Below, piece by piece: positions 18,294-27,255 of a DNA stretch of 58,313 nt (its first letter is position 1; each line of letters begins with the position of its first letter). Source of the DNA: a virus (taxonomy: Duplodnaviria; Caudoviricetes); IMG/VR virus record IMGVR_UViG_3300037264_003745, positions 1-58,313 of that record. One strand, 5' to 3'. A program made the position numbers and the translations under genes. The notes under the pieces are model-generated. The model worked only from the letters and a program-made list of their open reading frames with translations. It was not told the DNA's origin and ran no database searches.

Positions 18294-19454
18294 ATGAAGA
18301 GACTGCTGCTGTCGGCGACGGTGATCGCCACGCTCATGGCCGGAGCCATGCCCGTGCCCGCACACGCACAGGCGCTCGTGCGTGTGGCGACGGAGACGAA
18401 GTACGTCACGCTCGCCGCCGGTTTCGATCTCGACGGCGAGGCGGCGGACGACAACCAGATCGTCACGGTTGTGACTCTCGCCGACTCGACGACCTTCACC
18501 ATCGCCGCCCAGCCGGACTCCTGCCGCCTGATCGACATGACGATCGTCGACGCCGACTCGTCGACCACGGCCGGGACCGTCACCTTCACCGGCACGGACT
18601 GCTTCGGCTACGCCCGCGTCTGCCAATTCGACTTCGCCGTCGCGGCGACCCGTGGCTCCGGCGTGAAGACGCTCCCCGTGACGACCGGACCTCCGAACTC
18701 GAGCTGCCGCCTCGGCGCAGTCACGTCGATCATCTCATCCGCTCTCACAGGGGAGGGCGGAGCCGGAGACACGATCCTCGTGGGCTATACCTCGAACAGC
18801 GAAAACACCTGGACCGGATACGGGAAGCTCGACGTCGGGCCGTCCGGCGAGCACGTCGTCAACCTCCTCGGTTCCTACTCCGAGGGCAAGCGGATCACGA
18901 CGGCCGGCGTGACGACTACGACCATCGACTCCGTCGCCACGAATGGTGCATTCACGAATGTCGTCGCGGGCGATCTCATCACGATCGGTCTCGGCGATCT
19001 CGTGTACGAGCTCCAAGTCGTGTCTCGGGCGAGCGCCGAGCAGATCGTCGTCCACAAGGCAGTGAAGATCCCGACAGCCGGCCAGACGTTCACGTTCAAG
19101 CACAAGTACGTGACGACCGACCCGACCGACCGGATATGGATTCCGACGGCCGTCTGGAAAGCACTGGCCGTCAACTGGAGCATCGACTCGAACACGGACA
19201 CCGGTGGAGTCGTCGCGCTCCTGGAGTGCATCGACCATTTGGGTATCGACGCTCCCGAGGGCAAGTGGGTGCCGGTCGAAACCGTCACGACTGCGAGCAC
19301 CGTGGCGCAAGCTCCGACGGTGGACGGGCTCGGCCCGGTGAATCTGGCGTTGACGCCGTTCTCTTACTGCCGCGTCGGGCATCGGTTCGGGACCGGCGAC
19401 GACGGCGATACCGGAGTCGAGGACATCAACATCAGCGTTGCTCTATCGAAGTGA
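18294..19454 (+). CDS. Beta-rich tail-module protein with a Sec signal peptide
   Basis: MKRLLLSATVIATLMAGAMPVPAHA/QALV (n-, h-, c-regions with AHA cleavage site); Thr/Gly-rich, 6 Cys. Confidence 0.75.
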   Translation: MKRLLLSATVIATLMAGAMPVPAHAQALVRVATETKYVTLAAGFDLDGEAADDNQIVTVVTLADSTTFTIAAQPDSCRLIDMTIVDADSSTTAGTVTFTGTDCFGYARVCQFDFAVAATRGSGVKTLPVTTGPPNSSCRLGAVTSIISSALTGEGGAGDTILVGYTSNSENTWTGYGKLDVGPSGEHVVNLLGSYSEGKRITTAGVTTTTIDSVATNGAFTNVVAGDLITIGLGDLVYELQVVSRASAEQIVVHKAVKIPTAGQTFTFKHKYVTTDPTDRIWIPTAVWKALAVNWSIDSNTDTGGVVALLECIDHLGIDAPEGKWVPVETVTTASTVAQAPTVDGLGPVNLALTPFSYCRVGHRFGTGDDGDTGVEDINISVALSK

Positions 19455-19492
19455 CGACGGACGGCGGACGACGGACGACGGGCGGTGTACCG

Positions 19493-19972
19493 ATGAAGAT
19501 CCCTTTGGGCATCGAAGAAATCCGAGCACTGTACGGTGATCCGCGTCCTCTCATCAAGGACGACGGCTCGACCTGTCCCGCGTGGGAGTCGATGATTCTC
19601 ACCTGGGTCAATCTCCCCGCCAGCCTGCCGCTCGGCTGGGATCTCAATCACACCGTCACCCGCATCCGAGTGAACAAGGCCATCGCCAATCTCACCCGCA
19701 CCACGCTCGAGCAGATCTACCACGACGGTCTGTGGCACCTGCTTCTGACGTTCGACGGCTGCTACTGCTGGAGGCCGAAGCGGACGAGCTCACGGCTGTC
19801 GCTCCACGCGTGGGGTGCGGCGATCGACTTGAACGCTGGAATGAACCTGATCGGGATGGCCGGGAATCAGGACGAGCGCCTGCTGGCGGTGTTCCGTAAG
19901 CACGGCTGGGTGTGGGGTGGCTCATTCCACTTCCCGGACGCGATGCACTTTCAGGCCGCGGCTGGATACTGA
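19493..19972 (+). CDS. Endolysin, peptidase M15 family (L-Ala-D-Glu type)
   Basis: SLHAWGAAIDLN and WGGSF...DAMHFQ zinc-ligand motifs. Confidence 0.9.
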   Translation: MKIPLGIEEIRALYGDPRPLIKDDGSTCPAWESMILTWVNLPASLPLGWDLNHTVTRIRVNKAIANLTRTTLEQIYHDGLWHLLLTFDGCYCWRPKRTSSRLSLHAWGAAIDLNAGMNLIGMAGNQDERLLAVFRKHGWVWGGSFHFPDAMHFQAAAGY

Positions 19973-21249
19973 TGGCAAAGATCCCCTCGACAGCATCGGA
20001 GTTCCACATCCGTCCTGGCGTCGCTCCGCTCGAGGACGCTGGCTGGGCCGGCGTCAACACCGAGGACGATCCGATCTCCCTCCGCGCCAACGAGCTTCAG
20101 CGCGGGCAGAATCTCCGACGCCAGGGGAAGATCCTGAAGAGTCGGCCGGGCCTCGTCCAGAAGATCGACCTCGCCACTGTCGCCGGCTTCTCGCCCGGCG
20201 CTGTCATGTGGATGAAGGAAGCTCCGATCACGGGCACGCCCCTCAACCTGTGGGCGAGCAGCTTGGGCGTCTACGGAGCCACCCCCGACGAGGGTGCCTC
20301 CATCCTCCGGCTCGAGTCAACCGCGGTGCCTATGGAGCATCGCTACGCCGCCTTCACCGCTGCCGCCGACAGACAGATCCCGCTCGCATCCTACGGGAGC
20401 AGACTCATCATCGGCGACGGCTCCGTCCTCCGCGAGCTCATCCGCATCGTTCACTACCCTGGTCCCGGTACGGATGTCGCGCTCCGCATCCCCACAGCTC
20501 CCACCGCCATACTCGCGCAGATCCCCGGCTACGCGATCCGCTGCCTCCTCGAGTTCGACGGCAAGCTCTTCGTCGGCCTCGAGAATCTCACGACCGCCGC
20601 CAGCTCGAAGATCGCGGTGTGGGACGGCATGCAACTGACGGACGACATCACCTCCGTCCGACCGCCGCTCGCACTCGGGATCTGGCGAGACAAGCTCGTC
20701 GCCGGATTCGACGCGACAGCCGCCAACATCCGCGTGCGCAACCGCGGCGTCGCGCCCGGAACATGGAACACGTTCGCCCTCGCCGGCTCCCTCTGCGCCA
20801 CTCAAGGCAACGCGATGCAGGAGTTCGGACCCTACCTCTACATCGCAAGCGGCGCGGACAAGATATTCAAGTTCGACGGTGCCGCGCTCACCCTCGTCCA
20901 CACTATCACTGACTGCGCGACGAACGGCCGCGGTGTGACATCCCTCGTTCTCCACAACGATCTCCTCTACTATGGCTGGAACGCCATCACCACCTATGTA
21001 GCTTCTCTCGGCCGCCACGATCCCGATTCCACTGCCACAGAGTGGGTCGACTCCTACAGGGTGCTGGCAACTGGGGCGACTGCACTCTTCAACACCATCT
21101 CAGCCCTCGCCTCCTATCGCGGTAGAATCGCCTGCGGTGGGTATGGGCGCGGGATCATATCCACTGGAGCCTTCGTGGGAGACACCCCGATCGCAATCGC
21201 TCTCGGCTCCGCAGCAGGTTTCAACATCCTTCAATTCCTACGTTTCTGA
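19972..21249 (+). CDS. Tail nozzle/hub-like protein, part 1, with beta-propeller
   Basis: N-terminal GWAGVNT...QNL...LKSRPG nozzle-type motif; repeated xxFxGxL(Y/F) blades. Confidence 0.65.
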   Translation: MAKIPSTASEFHIRPGVAPLEDAGWAGVNTEDDPISLRANELQRGQNLRRQGKILKSRPGLVQKIDLATVAGFSPGAVMWMKEAPITGTPLNLWASSLGVYGATPDEGASILRLESTAVPMEHRYAAFTAAADRQIPLASYGSRLIIGDGSVLRELIRIVHYPGPGTDVALRIPTAPTAILAQIPGYAIRCLLEFDGKLFVGLENLTTAASSKIAVWDGMQLTDDITSVRPPLALGIWRDKLVAGFDATAANIRVRNRGVAPGTWNTFALAGSLCATQGNAMQEFGPYLYIASGADKIFKFDGAALTLVHTITDCATNGRGVTSLVLHNDLLYYGWNAITTYVASLGRHDPDSTATEWVDSYRVLATGATALFNTISALASYRGRIACGGYGRGIISTGAFVGDTPIAIALGSAAGFNILQFLRF

Positions 21250-21250
21250 C

Positions 21251-23704
21251 ATGGCATACTTTGCTTCGACCTTCAGCGTGCTCACTGGGGCGAAGGGCTG
21301 CTTCTCCGGCATCCTCGCGTGGATCAACGAGAACTGGAGCGGTGGCATCCGCATTCACCTCCCCCCGAACTGCTCGACGGTCGAGAATCCCCCTTCCGGG
21401 GACAGCTACGTCAACCGCCAGTATCTCGTCGGCGGTCATACACGGAATCTCGTCATCGACGAGATGTTTCGTGCATCGGTGCAAGGGATTCCTCCTCCGC
21501 CGTCGCCGACTGTCTCCTCTGGTGCTGGCGCAATCGCGCAGATCGGCTACCTCCGCTACTACGACGGGATCACGGGCGAGCGATCCACCCTCTCGAGCGG
21601 CTTGGTCTTCACGGGTGACGTCACCCGCGCTTGGACGAGTCTCCCCACCTCTCCCGGCGAGGTCATCGTGCTCGACGGGGTTGCCACTATCTCGTCAGGC
21701 ACCGTCACCGGAACCGGCACCAACTTCCACGATCTCCGTCCAGGAGACCGCATCGCCGTGTCAACCACGCTCACCCGCTGGGCGCAGGTGGAGGTGGTTA
21801 CCTCCTCGACGTCCATGACGATCGACGACGCCGCGATGTCCGGGACCGGGGTGGCGCTCGTAGTCAAGCCCGTGCAGAGGATCTCGCACGTCGAGCTGTG
21901 GGTGTCGGTGGGCGGCGCTCTCCCGCGTTTCATCCTCCGTGTCCGTATCGGCACGACCGCAGTCACGGAATCCGTCGCGACACTCGCACTCGGCGAAGCC
22001 TTCACCGACAACTACGAGCCGATGCCGCATGGCACCTACAACGTCATCTACAACAGCCGGCAGATTATGGCTGGTGTAGCGGGGCGACTCGATCGCGTCT
22101 TCATCTCACTGGTCGGATACCCGGAGAGGTACGGTGGGCTGAACTTTCAGGTGAAGTACGGCGAGACCATTGTCGGCCTCGTGCGCACGCGTGATTACGT
22201 CGTCGTCCTCTGCCCGAAGTCCTCTTACCGTTTGCAAGGCTTCACGGAGGATGACTTCACGCTCTCGGTGCTCGAGCCGGAGATCGGTGGGCTCAGTCAC
22301 GGCGCGAATGCTGTGTGTGGGGGGCAGATTTTCATACCGTCGCGGGAGCAGATCCAGACCTTCGATGGCGCTTTCCACGATGCGATGCCGACGAGGCGAA
22401 GTGAGTGGGTGCGGAACGTGCGCGCGTCCCCGGACGCGTATCAAGGAGGTGTCGGAATGGTGGATCCGGGGAGTCAGACCTATCGGTTCATGCCATTCCA
22501 ACCGAGATTGACGGCTGAGGTGACTAGCGACCTCCCCGCTCCTCCGGTTGCGCCGACGTCGGGCTGTCCTGATGTGTGGTTGGATGGGATCGAGCAGATA
22601 CTCGGGGAGCGGCTCTACTTCCTTCAGTATGTCAGCGCTGGGATTTGTGGGTACTTCTACTTCTCTGACGACCAGATCCCGGTGCTATGTCTGCAAACAT
22701 ACCCCACCGGAGTCGAAGATTATGACGCCATCATCTTCGCATCCGGAGATGGCGGCGCATTCATCCTCGGCTACGACAACACCAACTACCTGCTCCGGGA
22801 ATTCGCCCGCCGCGAACTTCCAACACTTCTGGCGAGTACCGCGAAGGCAGTGCCGGGAGTGGGTGCGGAAGGTCTCGCTGGAATCGTCTATCAGGGCGAG
22901 CCTTATATCTTCGTGGATCTGGAAACCTCCCCCGCAATCTACAAGTACACGGGTGGTGCGCTCGTGGCCGAAACCATCCCCGCTGTGGCTCCGCCCGCTA
23001 TTCCCCACATGGGCTTTCCGGCGATGACGGAGTTTTTCGTGGTCGGAGATGATCTCTACCACGTCAGCGCACTGATAGATCCAACCACAAATCCGGCCGA
23101 TCCTATCTACACCTACTACAAGATTTACAGAAAGAGCGGCGGGACATGGACGGCGTTCGGATTGCCAGAGTTCTCCGGGGTGAATCTTATCGTTGCTGGC
23201 GCAGTCTCCTACGATGGCGCTCTCTACATCTTCGGGGCAGGGGGGGGAATGTTCGACTGGGTAGTCCTCAAAGTCGTCGGCTCAACCGTTACGCTCGAGC
23301 TCGTCTCCACTGGGATGCAGCTCTCCAGTCCTTGCGTCTTCAACGGCTACCTCTACTACATCGCGGATCCCGGTGCCTCCTACCCGAATCAGCCCTACCT
23401 CGGCCGCTTCGACGGCACAACCTGGGACGACACTCATCTGGCCCTTTCGTCCTTCATCCCCGGCATGGTCGGGTACGGTTGGGATGGTCCCAAGGGGACC
23501 GTGTTCCTCGGAGCCATGGGCGATTCGCTGCGCCTGATCATCTTCGACGAGCATCCGACGAGCCCGTGTGAGTTCAACATCTACTCGTCGCCCGGAATCA
23601 ACACTGCTGGAACGTGGGTCTGTCATGCCGCCCGTCACATGGGCCTCACGAGTCACGACTACGGCGGCCCGTCCTTCCCCGGCGCTATGGGTATCGTCTC
23701 CTAA
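21251..23704 (+). CDS. Tail nozzle/hub-like protein, part 2, with C-terminal extra beta-propeller
   Basis: RVFIS..GYPE, GETIVGL, L...IGG blade motifs; compositionally distinct 3' half. Confidence 0.65.
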   Translation: MAYFASTFSVLTGAKGCFSGILAWINENWSGGIRIHLPPNCSTVENPPSGDSYVNRQYLVGGHTRNLVIDEMFRASVQGIPPPPSPTVSSGAGAIAQIGYLRYYDGITGERSTLSSGLVFTGDVTRAWTSLPTSPGEVIVLDGVATISSGTVTGTGTNFHDLRPGDRIAVSTTLTRWAQVEVVTSSTSMTIDDAAMSGTGVALVVKPVQRISHVELWVSVGGALPRFILRVRIGTTAVTESVATLALGEAFTDNYEPMPHGTYNVIYNSRQIMAGVAGRLDRVFISLVGYPERYGGLNFQVKYGETIVGLVRTRDYVVVLCPKSSYRLQGFTEDDFTLSVLEPEIGGLSHGANAVCGGQIFIPSREQIQTFDGAFHDAMPTRRSEWVRNVRASPDAYQGGVGMVDPGSQTYRFMPFQPRLTAEVTSDLPAPPVAPTSGCPDVWLDGIEQILGERLYFLQYVSAGICGYFYFSDDQIPVLCLQTYPTGVEDYDAIIFASGDGGAFILGYDNTNYLLREFARRELPTLLASTAKAVPGVGAEGLAGIVYQGEPYIFVDLETSPAIYKYTGGALVAETIPAVAPPAIPHMGFPAMTEFFVVGDDLYHVSALIDPTTNPADPIYTYYKIYRKSGGTWTAFGLPEFSGVNLIVAGAVSYDGALYIFGAGGGMFDWVVLKVVGSTVTLELVSTGMQLSSPCVFNGYLYYIADPGASYPNQPYLGRFDGTTWDDTHLALSSFIPGMVGYGWDGPKGTVFLGAMGDSLRLIIFDEHPTSPCEFNIYSSPGINTAGTWVCHAARHMGLTSHDYGGPSFPGAMGIVS

Positions 23705-23705
23705 C

Positions 23706-24356
23706 ATGCCCAGCTCACTCATCCTCGTCGGCAACTACTCGGACCTCAAATCCCAAGGCGTCGTCCACTGGTACGACGACGACTACACGACGCCCGGCAC
23801 GACGCAGGGCCGCGCCACCACGTTCGCCTACCTCACTCGCCCCGGTCATCGTGTCGGCAACGTCTTCATCGGAGACAGCCTCGGCCGCATCTTCGAGGAG
23901 GACACCGCCGACACCGTCGCGTTCCCCGGCGAGTCGGTCATCGCCTCCTCCCACCTCACCATGGGCGACGTTGGCGGCGGCGACGACGAAGGGAAGCGGC
24001 TCGTCCGCTGCTGGTCGTACGTGGAGTCCGAGTCCTCCGCCTGGACCTTCCGCGTCTGGTCGGGGGACGAGCGCGCCTACCCACCGTTCCGGGCCATGAA
24101 CTGGATTCGACTGATCAAGCCGGGCGGGGAGTCGATCACCGCGTCCAAGCTGACCGGGACGGTGACGTGGGAGGAGGCTGATACTCGAACCCAGCCCAAG
24201 ACCGTTCACTCTCATCAGCCTGAGAAGGAGACCGCGGGTCGCGGCTTCACGTTCGAGTACCGCTTCCAGAACCCCATCAACGTCCGCTTCTATGGCTTCG
24301 GCGGTGTGGTGGAGCCGGGCAGGACAAGACGACCTCTTGTGGAGGTGACGCCGTGA
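23706..24356 (+). CDS. Tail nozzle/hub-like protein, part 3 (C-terminal beta-sandwich)
   Basis: IGDSLGRIF, SSHLTMG...KRLVR and GRGFTFEYRF motifs typical of nozzle C-termini. Confidence 0.65.
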   Translation: MPSSLILVGNYSDLKSQGVVHWYDDDYTTPGTTQGRATTFAYLTRPGHRVGNVFIGDSLGRIFEEDTADTVAFPGESVIASSHLTMGDVGGGDDEGKRLVRCWSYVESESSAWTFRVWSGDERAYPPFRAMNWIRLIKPGGESITASKLTGTVTWEEADTRTQPKTVHSHQPEKETAGRGFTFEYRFQNPINVRFYGFGGVVEPGRTRRPLVEVTP

Positions 24357-24393
24357 GGGGTGCTAGGGTGTATCATCGGGTCGGGGTACGCTT

Positions 24394-25191
24394 ATGGCCG
24401 TGACTACGCCTGCATCCGCACAGGCCGACGCGCTCCGAAAGCTCGTCCCTGGCGGTGCCGTGATCACCCCTCCTGGAGGTGGAACTCCGCAACTACCGGG
24501 CGAGGCCCTCTCCCACCTGGGCGGCCCCCGGTCGAGGCTGGCCGCGCAGACTCCGCCGGCTCCCACCTCCGGCCCCGCTGTTCCTCTCCCGCCAGTCACC
24601 ACCTCGACCCCCATGGACCCCTCGCAGGCCGCAGCGACCGCCGGCTGGCAGACGTACGGGAACGAGCTGCAAGCGGGGACCGCGGCGGAGACGCAGCGAG
24701 AGCTCCAGCGGAATCGCGATGAGATCAGCGTGGGCATGCAGGCGGAGGGTGAGGCCGCGATCGGACGTGGAGCCGACCCGTCCCTCTTCCGCAGTCGCGC
24801 TCTCGAGAGCGGGAAGCGCGGAACGCTCGAGCTTCAAGGCAGGCTCGCCGACGTCTCGCTCAACAAGAGGGCGGACGCGCTTCGTGGATTCACGGATGCG
24901 GCTGGAGCCGGCGCGGCGGAGAGACGCCAGCTCCATCTCGGCACGATGGCAGCGCGGCTCGGTGAGCAGCGCGCGGCACTCGACGCTTCGGAGCTCCAGG
25001 CGCGGTTGAACGAGGCTCCGTACAGAAGGCTGTCGGAGCTGATGGGCAGTGGCGGCGGCGGAGGCGGTGGTGGTGGTGGTGGTGGTGGTGGTCGCAGAGG
25101 CGGCGGCGGGCGTAGCTCCGGCGCAGTCCTCAGCGGCGGTGGACTCGGCGGATCCTCGGGGTCCGGCGGGTTTGGGTCGCTCGGCGGCTGA
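24394..25191 (+). CDS. Internal virion/ejection protein-like, Gly-rich tail
   Basis: Ala/Gly/Gln-rich helical protein after the nozzle. Confidence 0.6.
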   Translation: MAVTTPASAQADALRKLVPGGAVITPPGGGTPQLPGEALSHLGGPRSRLAAQTPPAPTSGPAVPLPPVTTSTPMDPSQAAATAGWQTYGNELQAGTAAETQRELQRNRDEISVGMQAEGEAAIGRGADPSLFRSRALESGKRGTLELQGRLADVSLNKRADALRGFTDAAGAGAAERRQLHLGTMAARLGEQRAALDASELQARLNEAPYRRLSELMGSGGGGGGGGGGGGGGRRGGGGRSSGAVLSGGGLGGSSGSGGFGSLGG

Positions 25192-25251
25192 AGAGGCGGA
25201 GCGGGCGGTAGCGGTCTAGCGTAGCGTCGGGAAAGAGAACGGAGAAGACAA

Positions 25252-25644
25252 ATGCCCAGGCCAGCGCCGGGACTGCACACCAACTCGACGATCGACAGCG
25301 GCGGGGGGTTAACCACGACTCTCCCGCGCACGGGCGTCGACATCGGCCCGACCCCTGACTTTTGGGCCGACAGGAAGAAGATGGATCGGTACCAGGATCA
25401 GCGGCGGGATGAAGAGGACGATCGGCAGTCGAGATCAGGGGTGCAGGAAGAGGCGATGGCTGCACCGTCTCAGCCCGTGCTGGGACAGAAGGCTCCGGTG
25501 GATGACGACGGTAAGGAAGACTGGTACGGCAAATGGATGCAAATCGGCGGCGGTCCGGGGGGCTGGGTGGCGGCGGATGCAGGGGACACCGGGGCTGTTT
25601 GGCGAGGTCGACGAAGTCGACGGCCGCAGCGGGGGGGCAAGTAG
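25252..25644 (+). CDS. Hypothetical protein (internal virion region)
   Basis: GGAG RBS, operon context. Confidence 0.6.
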   Translation: MPRPAPGLHTNSTIDSGGGLTTTLPRTGVDIGPTPDFWADRKKMDRYQDQRRDEEDDRQSRSGVQEEAMAAPSQPVLGQKAPVDDDGKEDWYGKWMQIGGGPGGWVAADAGDTGAVWRGRRSRRPQRGGK

Positions 25645-26073
25645 ATGGACTCACGAACCGCTCTTCGATCCGCCAACCGCGGCGCTCGCACTGACAACGG
25701 GGCACCGACCGCGCCGTCGGTCTCCTACCCCGCCGCTCAGACCTTTGCCATGTCGGGACCGTCTGCCCTGCCGGGATCGACGCTACGACAGTTCGACGGC
25801 ATCATGTCGCCGCGCCGCAACGGGGAAGAGTTCGGCGGCGAGGAGAAATACCAAGAGGCGGTGGCCGCTGACCGTGCCAGCAGAGGAGGCGGGGGCGGCA
25901 AAGGCAAAGGCGGCGGAGCGGCCTCCGACCAAGCCGCAGCACTCACACCGCGAGAAGCGGCATACGAAGGAGGCGGATTCGATCGGGTCAAGCAGGAGGA
26001 AGGCTGGTACGACAAGCCCGAGTGGGAGCGCACGCAGATCCTGTCTGATCTGACGGAGACTCCGCGTGCGTAA
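25645..26073 (+). CDS. Hypothetical protein (internal virion region)
   Basis: Directly abuts its neighbours. Confidence 0.6.
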   Translation: MDSRTALRSANRGARTDNGAPTAPSVSYPAAQTFAMSGPSALPGSTLRQFDGIMSPRRNGEEFGGEEKYQEAVAADRASRGGGGGKGKGGGAASDQAAALTPREAAYEGGGFDRVKQEEGWYDKPEWERTQILSDLTETPRA

Positions 26074-27244
26074 CGAGCCCGGACTCGCGCCGCTCGATCC
26101 GCTGGCTTCTCTCAGCGGTCTTGCCCGGCGTAGTCTCGATGCCTATCTCCGGGCGGATCTCCAGAACCGCCATGAGGCTCTCAACGAAACCGAGCCGATC
26201 TCCAGCATGGTTCGCAACCTCGCCACCCTGGGACAGGAACAAGCTCCCGAGAGGAGCAGGCTGGCTCGAGTGCTGGGGGATGTGGCGGGCCTTGCCGGTC
26301 ATGTCGCCGATGCTCCGGCACCGATAGGGCGATTCGTCAGAGGTTTGCCGGGACGAGCGGCCGGCGGAGTGCTGTCAGGACTCGGCGCGGCGTCGGCCTA
26401 TGCCCTCGAAGATCCGAATCCGACGGCGGTCCCGTCGCCCGCTCAGCCCTCCGTCGCTCCGACCGCAGCGACCGTACCTCCGCGCCAGTTCGGTTTTTCC
26501 CCTCTCCACTACCCCGGTCAGGCTCCGACCTATCCGGGTCTGGGCGCGGACACGCCCGCGGAGCCGCAGTATCCTGGGCTGGGCACGAAGACAGACGAGC
26601 CCTACCAAGCTCCGCAGACCGGAGCCTCTCGACTCCGCGCCCTCCGTCTCCCCGACGGCCGCGTCATCTTCACGAACAGAGACGAGTACGGCGGTGAGGA
26701 GTTCACCACCAAGGAGGGCGGACAGCTCGTCCGCGCTCAGCAGCGCCAAGAGAATCCCTCCCGCGAAGCACTCACCGGGATGCTGCGCGCGTCCATGCGT
26801 GCGACGGAGAGAGAAGCCTCCGAGCCGCCTCCAGAGGGTCGGATGGTGGGGGGCGAAGCTCCCGAGACGGGGGCGGGCTTCTCCGCGATCGAAGGCACGA
26901 CTCAGATGCGGAACCAAGTCGGGCTGGAGGACGCGATGGGAGCGCTCGCCCTCGCCAGGATCGAGCAGGACACCGCGCGTGCTCTACTCACGCCCGATGC
27001 TCTCGCCGCCACCAACGATCCGAACATCCGTGCGATGCGCTGGATCTCCAAGAACATCCAGCCGAAGATCGACGCAGCCAACGCACAGGCGGCGGCCGAG
27101 AAAGCACACATCCTCGCCACCGTCCCTGATCCGAAGGAGCAGGCACGACAGATCGACGAAGTCGAGGCAGACGCAGCCGCTCGGATCGACGCCCTGGGCG
27201 TAGTCGCCTCCTCGGGCTCGAGGCAGCGACTGCCCGGAACGTAG
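26066..27244 (+). CDS. Internal virion protein-like
   Basis: Low-complexity Ala/Pro-rich protein before the giant gene. Confidence 0.65.
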   Translation: MRNEPGLAPLDPLASLSGLARRSLDAYLRADLQNRHEALNETEPISSMVRNLATLGQEQAPERSRLARVLGDVAGLAGHVADAPAPIGRFVRGLPGRAAGGVLSGLGAASAYALEDPNPTAVPSPAQPSVAPTAATVPPRQFGFSPLHYPGQAPTYPGLGADTPAEPQYPGLGTKTDEPYQAPQTGASRLRALRLPDGRVIFTNRDEYGGEEFTTKEGGQLVRAQQRQENPSREALTGMLRASMRATEREASEPPPEGRMVGGEAPETGAGFSAIEGTTQMRNQVGLEDAMGALALARIEQDTARALLTPDALAATNDPNIRAMRWISKNIQPKIDAANAQAAAEKAHILATVPDPKEQARQIDEVEADAAARIDALGVVASSGSRQRLPGT

Positions 27245-27255
27245 GGAGCGGTGGG

